Below, in pieces: positions 18,001 through 33,025 of a stretch of DNA of 64,000 nucleotides (positions are counted from its first letter, which is position 1; each line of letters opens with the position of its first letter). The notes beneath the pieces are model-generated. The model did no database searches, was not told the DNA's origin, and was given only the letters and a program-made list of their open reading frames with translations. The stretch lies in contig OZ024743.1 of assembly GCA_964016885.1 (NCBI GenBank), positions 263,562,001 to 263,626,000 of the forward strand. Reading direction: 5' to 3'. A program made the position numbers and the translations under genes. The DNA is from Eledone cirrhosa. Taxonomy: Eukaryota.

Positions 18001-21000
18001 AGCGACAATGATGTGGATTATGGTAATGATGACAGCGACAATGATGTTGATTATGGTAATGATGACAACGACAATGATGAGGATTATGGTAATGATGACA
18101 ACGACAATGATGTGGATTATGGTAATGATGACAACGACAATGATGAGGATTATGGTAATGATGACAGCGACAATGATGTGGATTATGGTAATGATGACAG
18201 CGACAATGATGAGGATTATGGTAATGATGACAACGACAATGATGAGGATTATGGTAATGATGACAACGACAATGATGTGGATTATGGTAATGATGACAAC
18301 GACAATGATGAGGATTATGGTAATGATGACAGCAACAATGATGTGGATTATGGTAATGATGACAGCGACAATGATGTGGATTATGGTAATTATGACAACG
18401 ACAATGATGTGGATTATGGTAATGATGACAACGACAATGATGTGGATTATGGTAATGATGACAGCAACAATGATGTGGATTATGGTAATGATGACAGCGA
18501 CAATGATGAGGATTATGGTAATGATGACAGCAACAATGATGTGGATTATGGTAATGATGACAACGACAATGATGAGGATTATGGTAATGATGACAGCGAC
18601 AATGATGTTGATTATGGTAATGATGACAGCAACAATGATGTGGATTATGGTAATGATGACAGCAACAATGATGTGGATTATGGTAATGATGACAACGACA
18701 ATGATGAGGATTATGGCAATGATGACAGCAACAATGATGTGGATTATGGTAATGATGACAACGACAATGATGAGGATTATGGTAATGATGACAACGACAA
18801 TGATGAGGATTATGGTAATGATGACAACGACAATGATGAGGATTATGGTAATGATGACAGCGACAATGATGATGATTATGGTAATGATGACAGCGACAAT
18901 GATGTGGATTATGGTAATGATGACAACGACAATGATGAGGATTATGGTAATGATGACAGCAACAATGATGTGGATTATGGTAATGATGACAACGACAATG
19001 ATGAGGATTATGGCAATGATGACAGCAACAATGATGTGGATTATGGTAATGATGACAACGACAATGATGAGGATTATGGTAATGATGACAGCAACAATGA
19101 TGTGGATTATAGTAATGATGACAGCAACAATGATGTGGATTATGGTAATGATGACAGCAACAATGATGTGGATTATGGTAATGATGACAACGACAATGAT
19201 TAGGATTATGGTAATGATGACAGCAACAATGATGAGGATTATGGTAATGATGACAGCGACAATGATGTTGATTATGGTAATGATGACAGCAACAATGATG
19301 TGGATTATGGTAATGATGACAACGACAATGATGAGGATTATGGTAATGATGACAGCAACAATGATGTGGATTATGGTAATGATGACAACGACAATGATGA
19401 GGATTGTGGTAATGATGACAGCAACAATGATGAGGATTATGGTAATGATGACAGCGACAATGATGTTGATTATGGTAATGATGACAGCAACAATGATGTG
19501 GATTATGGTAATGATGACAACGACAATGATGAGGATTATGGTAATGATGACAGCGACAATGATGAGGATTATGGTAATGATGACAACGACAATGATGAGG
19601 ATTATGGTAATGATGACAGCAACAATGATGTGGATTATGGTAATGATGACAACGACAATGATGAGGATTATGGTAATGATGACAGCAACAATGATGTGGA
19701 TTATGGTAATGATGACAACGACAATGATGAGGATTATGGTAATGATGACAGCAACAATGATGTGGATTATGGTAATGATGACAACGACAATGATGAGGAT
19801 TATGGTAATGATGACAACGACAATGATGAGGATTATGGTAATGATGACAGCAACAATGATGTGGATTATGGTAATGATGACAGCAACAATGATGTGGATT
19901 ATGGTAATGATGACAGCAACAATGATGTGGATTATGGTAATGATGACAACGACAATGATGAGGATTATGGTAATGATGACAGCAACAATGATGAGGATTA
20001 TGGTAATGATGACAGCGACAATGATGTTGATTATGGTAATGATGACAGCAACAATGATGTGGATTATGGTAATGATGACAACAACAATGATGAGGATTAT
20101 GGTAATGATGACAGCGACAATGATGTGGATTATGGTAATAATGACAACGACAATGATGAGGATTATGGTAATGATGACAACGACAATGATGAGGATTATG
20201 GTAATGATGACAACGACAATGATGTGGATTATGGTAATGATGACAGCAACAATGATGTGGATTATGGTAATGATGACAGCGACAATGATGTGGATTATGG
20301 TAATGATGACAACAACAATGATGAGGATTATGGTAATGATGACAGCGACAATGATGTGGATTATGGTAATAATGACAACGACAATGATGAGGATTATGGT
20401 AATGATGACAGCAACAATGATGTGGATTATGGTAATGATGACAGCAACAATGATGTGGATTATGGTAATGATGACAGCAACAATGATGAGGATTATGGTA
20501 ATGATGACAACGACAATGATGAGGATTATGGTAATGATGACAGCGACAATGATGAGGATTATGTTAATGATGACAGCAACAATGATGTGGATTATGGTAA
20601 TGATGACAGCGACAATGATGAGGATTATGTTAATGATGACAGCAACAATGATGTGGATTATGGTAATGATGACAACGACAATGATGAGGATTATGGTAAT
20701 GATGACAGCAACAATGATGTGGATTATGGTAATGATGACAGCGACAATGATGAGGATTATGGTAATGATGACAACGACAATGATGTGGATTATGGTAATG
20801 ATGACAACGACAATGATGTGGATTATGGTAATGATGACAGCGACAATGATGAGGATTATGGTAATGATGACAGCGACAATGATGAGGATTATGGTAATGA
20901 TGACAACGACAATGATGTGGATTATGGTAATGATGACAGCGACAATGATGAGGATTATGGTAATGATGACAACGACAATGATGAGGATTATGGTAATGAT

Positions 21001-24000
21001 GACAGCGACAATGATGAGGATTATGGTAATGATGACAACGACAATGATGAGGATTATGGTAATGATGACAGCGACAATGATGTGGATTATGGTAATAATG
21101 ACAACGACAATGATGAGGATTATGGTAATGATGACAACGACAATGATGTGGATTATGGTAATGATGACAACAAAAAATGATGAGGATTATGGTAATGATG
21201 ACAGCGACAATGATGAGGATTATGGTAATGATGACAGCAACAATGATGTGGATTATGGTAATGATGACAGCGACAATGATGTGGATTATGGTAATAATGA
21301 CAACGACAATGATGAGGATTATGGTAATGATGACAACGACAATGATGAGGATTATGGTAATGATGACAGCAACAATGATGTGGATTATGGTAATGATGAC
21401 AGCGACAATGATGAGGATTATGGTAATGATGACAGCGACAATGATGAGGATTATGGTAATGATGACAGCGACAATGATGAGGATTATGGTAATGATGACA
21501 ACGACAATGATGTGGATTATGGTAATGATGACAGCGACAATGATGAGGATTATGGTAATGATGACAGCAACAATGATGTGGATTATGGTAATAATGACAA
21601 CGACAATGATGAGGATTATGGTAATGATGACAACGACAATGATGTGGATTATGGTAATGATGACAACAAAAAATGATGAGGATTATGGTAATGATGACAG
21701 CGACAATGATGAGGATTATGGTAATGATGACAGCGACAATGATGTGGATTATGGTAATAATGACAACGACAATGATGAGGATTATGGTAATGATGACAAC
21801 GACAATGATGTGGATTATGGTAATGATGACAACAAAAAATGATGAGGATTATGGTAATGATGACAGCGACAATGATGAGGATTATGGTAATGATGAGAGC
21901 AACAATGATGTGGATTATGGTAATGATGACAGCAACAATGATGTGGATTATGGTAATGATGACAGCGACAATGATGTGGATTATGGTAATAATGACAACG
22001 ACAATGATGAGGATTATGGTAATGATGACAACGACAATGATGAGGATTATGGTAATGATGACAGCAACAATGATGTGGATTATGGTAATGATGACAGCGA
22101 CAATGATGAGGATTATGGTAATGATGACAACGACAATGATGTGGATTATGGAAATGATGACAACGACAATGATGAGGATTATGGTAATGATGACAACGAC
22201 AATGATGAGGATTATGGTAATGATGACAGCGACAATGATGAGGATTATGGTAATGATGACAACGACAATGATGAGGATTATGGTAATGATGACAGCGACA
22301 ATGATGTGGATTATGGTAATGATGACAGCGACAATGATGTTGATTATGGTAATGATGACAACGACAATGATGAGGATTATGGTAATGATGACAACGACAA
22401 TGATGTGGATTATGGTAATGATGACAACGACAATGATGAGGATTATGGTAATGATGACAGCGACAATGATGTGGATTATGGTAATGATGACAGCGACAAT
22501 GATGAGGATTATGGTAATGATGACAACGACAATGATGAGGATTATGGTAATGATGACAACGACAATGATGTGGATTATGGTAATGATGACAACGACAATG
22601 ATGAGGATTATGGTAATGATGACAGCGACAATGATGTGGATTATGGTAATGATGACAGCGACAATGATGTTGATTATGGTAATGATGACAGCGACAATGA
22701 TGTGGATTATGGTAATGATGACAGCAACAATGATGTGGATTATGGTAATGATGACAACGACAATGATGAGGATTATGGTAATGATGACAGCGACAATGAT
22801 GTGGATTATGGTAATGATGACAGCAACAATGATGTGGATTATGGTAATGATGACAGCGACAATGATGTGGATTATGGTAATGATGACAACGACAATGATG
22901 TGGATTATGGTAATGATGACAGCAGCAATGATGTGGATTATGGTAATGATGACAACGACAATGATGTGGATTATGGTAATGATGACAACGACAATGATGA
23001 GGATTATGGTAATGATGAGAACGACAATGATGTGGATTATGGTAATGATGACAGCAACAATGATGTGGATTATGGTAATGATGACAGCAACAATGATGTG
23101 GATTATGGTAATGATGACAGCGACAATGATGTGGATTATGGTAATGATGACAACGACAATGATGAGGATTATGGTAATGATGACAACGACAATGATGTGG
23201 ATTATGGTAATGATGACAGCGACAATGATGTGGATTATGGTAATGATGACAACGACAATGATGTGGATTATGGTAATGATGACAACGACAATGATGTGGA
23301 TTATGGTAATGATGACAACGACAATGATGTTGATTATGGTAATGATGACAGCGACAATGATGTGGATTATGGTAATGATGACAGCGACAATGATGTGGAT
23401 TATGGTAATGATGACAGCAACAATGATGTAGGATTATGGTAATGATGACAACGACAATGATGAGGATTATGGTAATGATGACAGCAGCAATGATGTGGAT
23501 TATGGTAATGATGACAGCGACAATGATGTGGATTATGGTAATGATGACAGCGACAATGATGTGGATTATGGTAATGATGACAGCGACAATGATGTGGATT
23601 ATGGTAATGATGACAGCAACAATGATGTAGGATTATGGTAATGATGACAACGACAATGATGAGGATTATGGTAATGATGACAGCGACAATGATGTGGATT
23701 ATGGTAATGATGACAGCGACAATGATGTGGTTTATGGTAATGATGACAACGACAATGATGTTGATTATGGTAATGATGACAGCGACAATGATGTTGATTA
23801 TGGTAATGATGACAGCGACAATGATGTGGATTATGGTAATGATGACAGCAACAATGATGTGGATTATGGTAATGATGACAACGACAATGATGAGGATTAT
23901 GGTAATGATGACAGCGACAATGATGAGGATTATGGTAATGATGACAGCAACAATGATGTGGATTATGGTAATGATGACAGCGACAATGATGAGGATTATG

Positions 24001-27000
24001 GTAATGATGACAGCGACAATGATGTGGATTATGGTAATGATGACAACGACAATGATGAGGATTATGGTAATGATGACAGCAACAATGATGTGGATTATGG
24101 TAATGATGACAGCGACAATGATGAGGATTATGGTTATGATGACAGCGACAATGATGAGGTTTATGGTAATGATGACAACGACAATGATGAGGTTTATGGT
24201 AATGATGACAACGACAATGATGTGGATTATGGAAATGATGACAACGACAATGATGAGGATTATGGTAATGATGACAGCGACAATGATGAGGATTATGGTA
24301 ATGATGACAGCGACAATGATGAGGATTATGGTAATGATGACAGCAACAATGATGTGGATAATGGTAATGATGACAACGACAATGATGTGGATTATGGTAA
24401 TGATGACAGCGACAATGATGAGGATTATGGTAATGATGACAACGACAATGATGAGGATTATGGTAATGATGACAGCAACAATGATGTGGATTATGGTAAT
24501 GATGACAACGACAATGATGAGGATTATGGTAATGATGACAGCAGCAATGATGTGGATTATGGTAATGATGACAACGACAATGATGAGGATTATGGTAATG
24601 ATGACAGCGACAATGATGAGGTTTATGGTAATGATGACAACGACAATGATGTGGATTATGGAAATGATGACAACGACAATGATGAGGATTATGGTAATGA
24701 TGACAGCGACAATGATGAGGATTATGGTAATGATGACAACGACAATGATGAGGATTATGGTAATGATGACAACGACAATGATGTGGATTATGGTAATGAT
24801 GACAACGACAATGATGAGGATTATGGTAATGATGACAGCGACAATGATGTGGATTATGGTAATGATGACAGCGACAATGATGAGGATTATGGTAATGATG
24901 ACAACGACAATGATGTGGATTATGGTAATGATGACAGCGACAATGATGTGGATTATGGTAATGATGACAACGACAATGATGTTGATTATGGTAATGATGA
25001 CAGCGACAATGATGTTGATTATGGTAATGATGACAGCGACAATGATGTTGATTATAGTAATGATGACAACGACAATGATGAGGATTATGGTAATGATGAC
25101 AGCAACAATGATGAGGATTATGGTAATGATGACAGCAACAATGATGTGGATTATGGTAATGATGACAGCGACAATGATGTGGATTATGGTAATGATGACA
25201 ACGACAATGATGAGGATTATGGTAATGATGACAGCGACAATGATGTTGATTATAGTAATGATGACACCGACAATGATGTTGATTATGGTAATGATCACAG
25301 CGACAATGATGTGGATTATGGTAATGATGACAGCAGCAATGATGAGGATTATGGTAATGATGACAGCGACAATGATGAGGATTATGGTAATGATGACAGC
25401 GACAATGATGTTGATTATAGTAATGATGACACCGACAATGATGTTGATTATGGTAATGATCACAGCGACAATGATGTGGATTATGGTAATGATGACAGCG
25501 ACAATGATGTGGATTATGGTAATGATGACAACGACAATGATGTGGACTATGGTAATGATGACAGCGACAATGATGAGGATTATGGTAATGATGACAGCGA
25601 CAATGATGTTGATTATGGTAATGATGACAGCGACAATGATGTGGATTATGGTAATGATGACAGCGACAATGATGTGGATTATGGTAATGATGACATCGAC
25701 AATGATGAGGATTATGGTAATGATGACAGCAACAATGATGTGGATTATGGTAATGATGACAGCAACAATGATGTGGATTATGGTAATGATGACAGCAACA
25801 ATGATGTGGATTATGGTAATGATGACAACGACAATGATATGGATTATGGTAATAATGACAACGACAATGATGTGGATTATGGTAATGATGACAGCAACAT
25901 TGATGTGGATTATGGTAATGATGACAACGACAATGATGAGGATTAAGGTAATGATGACAGCAACAATGATGAGGATTATGGTAATGATGACAACGACAAT
26001 GATGAGGATTATGGTAATGATGACAACGACAATGATGAGGATTATGGTAATGATGACAACGACAATGATGAGGATTATGGTAATGATGACAGCGACAATG
26101 ATGAGGATTATGGTAATGATGACAACGACAATGATGAGGATTATGGTAATGATGACAACGACAATGATGAGGATTATGGTAATGATGACAACGACAATGA
26201 TGAGGATTATGGTAATGATGACAGCGACAATGATTAGGATTATGGTAATGATGACAGCGACAATGATGTGGATTATGGTAATGATGACAACGACAATGAT
26301 GAGGATTATGGTAATGATGACAGCAACAATGATGTGGATTATGGTAATGATGACAGCGACAATGATGAGGATTATGGTAATGATGACAGCGACAATGATG
26401 AGGATTATGGTAATGATGACAGCGACAATGATTAGGATTATGGTAATGATGACAGCGACAATGATGAGGATTATGGTAATGATGACAGCGACAATGATGA
26501 GGATTATGGTAATGATGACAGCGACAATGATTAGGATTATGGTAATGATGACAGCGACAATGATGAGGATTATGGTAATGATGACAACGACAATGATGTG
26601 GATTATGGTAATGATGACAACGACAATGATGTGGATTATGGTAATGATGACAGCGACAATGATGTGGATTATGGTAATGATGAGAGCGACAATGATTAGG
26701 ATTATGGTAATGATGACAGCGACAATGATGAGGATTATGGTAATGATGACAACGACAATGATGAGGATTATGGTAATGATGACAGCAACAATGATGAGGA
26801 TTATGGTAATGATGACAGCGACAATGATGAGGATTATGGTAATGATGACAGCAACAATGATGTGGATTATGGTAATGATGACAGCGACAATGATTAGGAT
26901 TATGGTAATGATGACAGCGACAATGATGAGGATTATGGTAATGATGACAACGACAATGATGAGGATTATGGTAATGATGACAGCAACAATGATGTGGATT

Positions 27001-28010
27001 ATGGTAATGATGACAGCAACAATGATGTGGATTATGGTAATGATGACAACGACAATGATGTGGATTATGGTAATGATGACAACGACAATGATGTGGATTA
27101 TGGTAATGATGACATCGTCAATGATGATGATTATGGTAATTATGACAGCGACAATGATGAGGATTATGGTAATGATGACAACGACAATGATGATGATTAT
27201 GGTAATGATGACAGCGACAATGATGTGGATTATGGAAATGATGACAGCGACAATGATGATGATTATGGTAATTATGACAGCGACAATGATGAGGATTATG
27301 GTAATGATGACAACGACAATGATGATGATTATGGTAATGATGACAGCGACAATGATGTGGATTATGGAAATGATGACAACGCCAATGATGATGATTATGG
27401 TAATTATGACAGCGACAATGATGAGGATTATGGTAATGATGACAACGACAATGATGATGATTATGGTAATGATGACAACGACAATGATGTGGATTATGGT
27501 AATGATGACAACGACAATGATGTGGATTATGGTAATGATGACAGCGACAATGATGTGGATTATGGTAATGATGACAACGACAATGATGAGGATTATGGTA
27601 ATGATGACAGCAACAATGATGTGGATTATGGTAATGATGACAGCGACAATGATGTGGATTATGGTAATGATGACAACGACAATGATGAGGATTATGGTAA
27701 TGATGACAGCAACAATGATGTGGATTATGGTAATGATGACAGCGACAATGATGTGGATTATGGTAATGATGACAACGACAATGATGTGGATTATGGTAAT
27801 GATGACAACGACAATGATGATGATTATGGTAATGATGACAGCGACAATGATGTGGATTATGGTAATGATGACAACGACAATGATGTGGATTATGGTAATG
27901 ATGACAACGACAATGATGAGGATTATGGTAATGATGACAACGACAATGATGTGGATTATGGTAATGATGACAGCGACAATGATGTGGATTATGGTAATGA
28001 TGACAGCGAC
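1..28010. repeat. 33-bp minisatellite/satellite array (~850 units, runs off the left window edge)
   Basis: Continuous tandem unit GATTATGGTAATGATGACA(G/A)C(G/A)ACAATGATG(T/A)G with three common dimorphic positions, rare 1-bp indels and duplicated variant blocks. Confidence 0.98.
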
Positions 28011-28333
28011 AATAATGATGATGATGATGATGATGTTCGTGATGGAGATGCTACTAGTGATGACGACGTTGATGTTGATGATGACAACGAGGATGCTACT
28101 GTGGATATTAATAAGGACGACAATGACGACGATAATGATGATCATGATGTTGATGATGATGAAGATGATGTTGTTGGTGATAATAATGTTGATGGTGATG
28201 ATGATAATAATGGTAATGATGGTGATGACGATGATGACGACGACGATGATGATGATGATGATGATGATGAAGATGATGATGATGGTGATGATGATGATGA
28301 TGATATTCATGATAATGATGATGATGTGATGAT
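28011..28333. repeat. Degenerate (GAT)n trinucleotide tract at the array edge
   Basis: GATGAT/GAC/AAT-rich low-complexity sequence in phase with the last 33-mer. Confidence 0.9.
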
Positions 28334-28511
28334 AATAATTGCTTCTACGTTTGGCACAAGGCCAGCAATTACCAAGTACATTACTGGTACTTTATTTTAT
28401 CGACCCCGTAAGGATGAAAGGCAAAGTTAACCTAGGCGGGATTTGAAATCAGTACGTAAAGGGACGTAACTATGCTGGAAAGCATGGCGTCTGACCCTCT
28501 ACCGATACTGA
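28334..28511 (-). mobile_element. tRNA-derived SINE (family A; Meta/MESC-like central domain) with 13-bp TSD
   Basis: Minus strand reads TTCAAATCCC (B-box-like) then AACTTTGCCTTTCATCCTTACGGGGTCGATAAAATAAAGTACCAG and an AATTATT tail. ATGATGTGATGAT is duplicated at 28321-28333 and 28512-28524. Confidence 0.85.
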
Positions 28512-28680
28512 ATGATGTGATGATGGTGATGATGTTGATGACGATGATGATGATAATGATAATGATGCTTCTGTTGTTGCTGCTGCTGCTTCTGACGATG
28601 ATGAAGAGGATGATGCTACTAGTGTTACTGTTGCTGCTGCTGCTGCTGCTGATGATGATGATGATGATAGTAATGAGATG
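28512..28680. repeat. Continuation of degenerate (GAT)n/(GCT)n tract
   Basis: GAT/GCT trinucleotide low complexity to the right of the SINE. Confidence 0.85.
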
Positions 28681-28994
28681 ATAGGTCAAATTATAGAATA
28701 CACACCTAAAATTGCTTCAGAAATTTACTGGCAAATCACGAGAGATTTAAGACGACATATTGGAAACAACAACAATAAAAAAAAAATATCAACAACATAA
28801 ACAAATAAAAAAACCCCCCACAAAATAACGAAAAATAAAATGGAAAACAAAAGAATGAGGAACAATGTTCTCTCTACTTTTAACATCGCTCTTTGTCAAA
28901 ATGGAAAACAAAAACATGAAACGAAGATTAATTGAATATTAGCTGCAGCATCAATTTCAGGAGTAAAGTACACCTCCTCCTCACCCATCATGCT

Positions 28995-29023
28995 GGTGGT
29001 GCTGCTACTGCTGTTGCTGTTAT

Positions 29024-29069
<46 letters not shown>

Positions 29070-29101
29070 GTTGCTGCTGCTGTGCTGCTACTGCTGCTGA
29101 T

Positions 29102-29172
<71 letters not shown>

Positions 29173-29268
29173 GCTGCTGCTGCTACTACTACTACTACTA
29201 CTACTACTACTGCTGCTGCTACTACTACTACTACTACTATACTACTATTACTACTATTACTACTACTG

Positions 29269-29331
<63 letters not shown>

Positions 29332-29335
29332 ATAC
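28995..29335. repeat. (CTA)n/(CTG)n microsatellite
   Basis: Long CTA runs interrupted by CTG. Confidence 0.95.
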
Positions 29336-29562
29336 TGTCTATGACTATTTTTCATAATGACGAAGATATTTATGACGATGATGATGACATTTTCAGTGAA
29401 TTAATAAAGGAATAATTACTATTCTTGAAATGTAAATGTTCTCAGACAAACATCATTAGATTGGCTTGCACTCTCGAAGAATGATAGATTGTGACATACG
29501 CCGTATCATTAGCATTTTCACTCCGTACAATCCATTTCTACTCACAATTTGATTTAGTCCAG

Positions 29563-29575
<13 letters not shown>

Positions 29576-29638
<63 letters not shown>
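29576..29638. repeat. (AG)n microsatellite
   Basis: Pure AG run. Confidence 0.95.
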
Positions 29639-29642
<4 letters not shown>

Positions 29643-29987
29643 TGATCTGCAGTAGTTATCGACCCAGAAAGAATGAGAAGTAAAATTGACCACGGCGGTA
29701 TTTTAACCGAGAACACACATACTGGGATGTATACTCAATGCAGTCTCTCAAACGATCTAACGACATTGCCTATAACACGATCATATCAATACACCATTAC
29801 AACATTACACCACAACCATTACACCAATAAATAGTTATGCCATTATAATTCAAAAGTAGGAAGGTGGGAACATGAATAAACATAGGTCTTTACGATCAGG
29901 AACTAGCTGTAGTCATTCAAGATCTCTCCCTCCCTCTCCCTCTCCATCTGTGTCCATCTATCTATCTATCTATCTCTCTATCTCTCT

Positions 29988-30230
<243 letters not shown>

Positions 30231-30381
30231 AAACAACTATAAACATGAAAGGTCAGTAATTTCTTACTACCTTATTACCAGTAAGAGGTAAGAGAAATAC
30301 CTCAATATAAGAACCTCATGTGTTATACAGACCAGGAATATAAATTACACAATTATCAAAGTTATGTTCAAATCATTTAAT

Positions 30382-30428
30382 TGCTGACAATCGTTTCTTC
30401 CAAACTTTCGTTTGAAGTCTTCGGAGCA
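30382..30428 (-). ncRNA. Type I hammerhead-ribozyme-like motif in a short TA-flanked element
   Basis: Minus strand: TGCT-CCGAAGA-cttcaaac gaaa gtttggaa-GAAA-C gatt G-TC-AGCA. Stem I is TGCT/AGCA, stem II has a GAAA tetraloop, the triplet is GUC, and U4 is changed to C. Confidence 0.65.
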
Positions 30429-30936
30429 TTATCAATGTTTGTACATATAATTAACCTCCTATTCAACTGAACAATCATATAGATACATATATATTGATGT
30501 TGTGAACAAAAGTTTCGTATTTACAGAGTGGAATGGATGCGACATATATTATACGAGAATTGTACAAAAATTCAAATTCAAAGCATAGAGTGGAATACAT
30601 GCGACAGATAATACAAGAGAATAGTCTAATAATTAAAGAGGCATTGAGAAAGAATGGGGACAATAGCAGTACATATGCAAGCGTGTAGAAAGTTTAATAC
30701 ACTAACACATTTGCTTGGTATTTTATGTGATACCTTTGCCATACAGTATTTATTTATTTATTTCTATATGCCTAATACCTTTGCTTGTTTCCTTCGCATA
30801 TATATGACTAACGCATGTGCATTTGCTACACGCTTGCATATGTACGCCAAATGGTACCTTTATTTTCTAGGCTTAGTCATAAACTTTAGCTGTATCATGC
30901 CTCTTCCTACTAGCACTTAACTAAACCCCCACCCTG

Positions 30937-31208
30937 TGTGATATAATAGCAACCGCATGGTATATACGATGACCAGCCGGCAATGGGGGCTCCGCGCAGA
31001 CACAGCGACGCCTAAGACAGTTACATTCCTGGAGTGCTCGGAAAAACTAATTCTCTCGCTAGCTAGACGATATTACTCGGAACAGCTGGCACTTGGGAGG
31101 GGGTGGCTAGCGCGGAGCCCGCACGTCGCTGGTATTGACCGCTAGCAAGGCCGTATTTGTACTATATATACCACACTGACAATTTATCGTGACTATATAT
31201 ATATCACA
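30937..31208. mobile_element. Candidate solo LTR (TG...CA)
   Basis: GC-richer 272-bp island starting TGTGATATA and ending TATATCACA, flanked by CCTG/CCTA (4-bp TSD with one mismatch). Confidence 0.45.
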
Positions 31209-32061
31209 CCTAAACTTCTTCATAAAAGCCTCTTTATGTTAATTGTCACCTTCTCTCTATATCAATTACACACGCTCTCTCTTTCACACTCTCTCTCTCT
31301 GTCATTCTCTCTGTTTTTCATTCTCCCACACTCTCTCTCTGTTTTACTCTCTCTGTCACTCTCTATCTCTCTTTCATTCACACACACTCTCTCCTTTTTT
31401 AATCTCTATGTCTGTCTGTGCGGATGATGTTTGTCCTTGAAAAAACATATTTCGCGGCATTATCGAGCATGCCTGACCAGCCTGATCGACGCGTAACCTC
31501 AGCGCTGACACTTCCATCTGACGCGAAGGTGGTAGTACATTAAAGGCTTGCGCCCCCACACCAGATGGTAGTATCTTGACCCAATAATCAGCACTTGAGG
31601 ACGGTCGATGCAGCTAGAAGCTGCTAAATTGCCGGCCGCCCTCCTGTCTCTGATTTAAACACCATGGATTTTTATCTGTTTTATTCCTACGTTATATTTT
31701 GAACTACTTGATGATGTCACCGGATTCATACTGAACCCGATCATTGAAATGATCATAGTATAATAAACCTTTCAAGGATTTACACCAGTACATGTCTCCT
31801 GTTATTTTGTAATATACATATGAGTGGAAATGAGTAAAATCGAAGTTGCGACGCTCGGTCCGAATCCACGAAAAGACAATATTCGGAAGCTTTGCACGAA
31901 GCACTCAATAAGAAAATATCCATAAATCGATAAGTTACATCTTAAAGTAATAGACATATGTTAAAATGCGTGACAAATTGAAAACAGTGGTTAAAGGGAC
32001 AAAGCCACAGAAGCAACCACAACAACGAAAATACAGTGATATATATATATATATATATATA

Positions 32062-32961
32062 TACAAATAAAGATTCAGTGAGAATCGCATTTTCGGCGGG
32101 CAGAAAAAGCGAAGCGAAACGCAAAAATCAGAAATGATACTAGCAAATTGCTCAATAGTTAAAAACCAGAGCTAAACAATGTGTTAAGAACCCATACAAA
32201 ACTGAAAAGGTGGTCAAGAAAGCATTAACCACCCAAGCCAGGAACCAAATCAAGCTAAACAGGTCAAAACAAAATAAATGATAAAAAATAAGTGATAACC
32301 AGACCTGGACTCCCGGAATTGCTGTTAAAATCCGATGTAGAGTTTCTGTGACACCTAAATCAAAATACAGTCTGCTTAAAAATATAAGCATTGTGTATAA
32401 CGATCGAACAAGGAATATCACATTATCAACAGGTATTTCGCTCTGTACCAAATAAGTGAATGACACGGTGGAAAGTAAAACCACGTGTGGAAATCACGAG
32501 GGGAATAACCCCAGATTTTGGCAAAGTAATTCAGTTGGTGTAAATCATGCGAAAAATAGCATAAATAGCACAAATCGAATAAGTTCTCAACAAAGTAGTT
32601 TAAAATAAACTTATACAATTAAACTGTCAATAGAAATTATTAACAAGTTAATTGTTAACAATTAAACCTTACAGATAAACTCAGACACACATTATTAACA
32701 AGATTAATACAAATAAAGATTCAGCGAGGATCGCATTTTCGGCGGGCAGGAAAAGCGAAGCGAAACGCAAAAATCAGAAATGATACTAGCAAAGTGCTCA
32801 ATAGTTAAAAACCAGAGCTAAACAATGTGTTAAGAACCCATACAAAACTGAAAAGGTGGTCAAGAAAGCATTAACCACCCAAGCCAAAAAACCAAATCAA
32901 GCTAAACAGGTCAAAACAAAATAAATGATAAAAAATAAATGATAACCAGACCTGGACTCCC
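32062..32961. mobile_element. 900-bp TA-flanked element with ~253-bp direct terminal repeats
   Basis: 32062-32314 recurs nearly identically at 32708-32961 (period ~646). (TA)n on both sides and no coding signal. Confidence 0.75.
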
Positions 32962-32976
32962 CATATATATATATCA

Positions 32977-33025
<49 letters not shown>

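Noticed and set aside
1-28010. CRISPR array or a stored code in the three dimorphic positions
   Set aside because: No unique spacers, eukaryotic context, and the variant order is explained by block duplication.
5-28430. Giant Met/Ile/Thr-rich, Ile-rich and His/Cys-rich (HHCRCHHYHNP) ORFs on both strands
   Set aside because: Automatic result of a 33-bp unit that lacks stops in several frames; no unique coding context.
31704-31940. Possible minus-strand terminal exon
   Set aside because: No recognisable domain in any frame and no linked exons.
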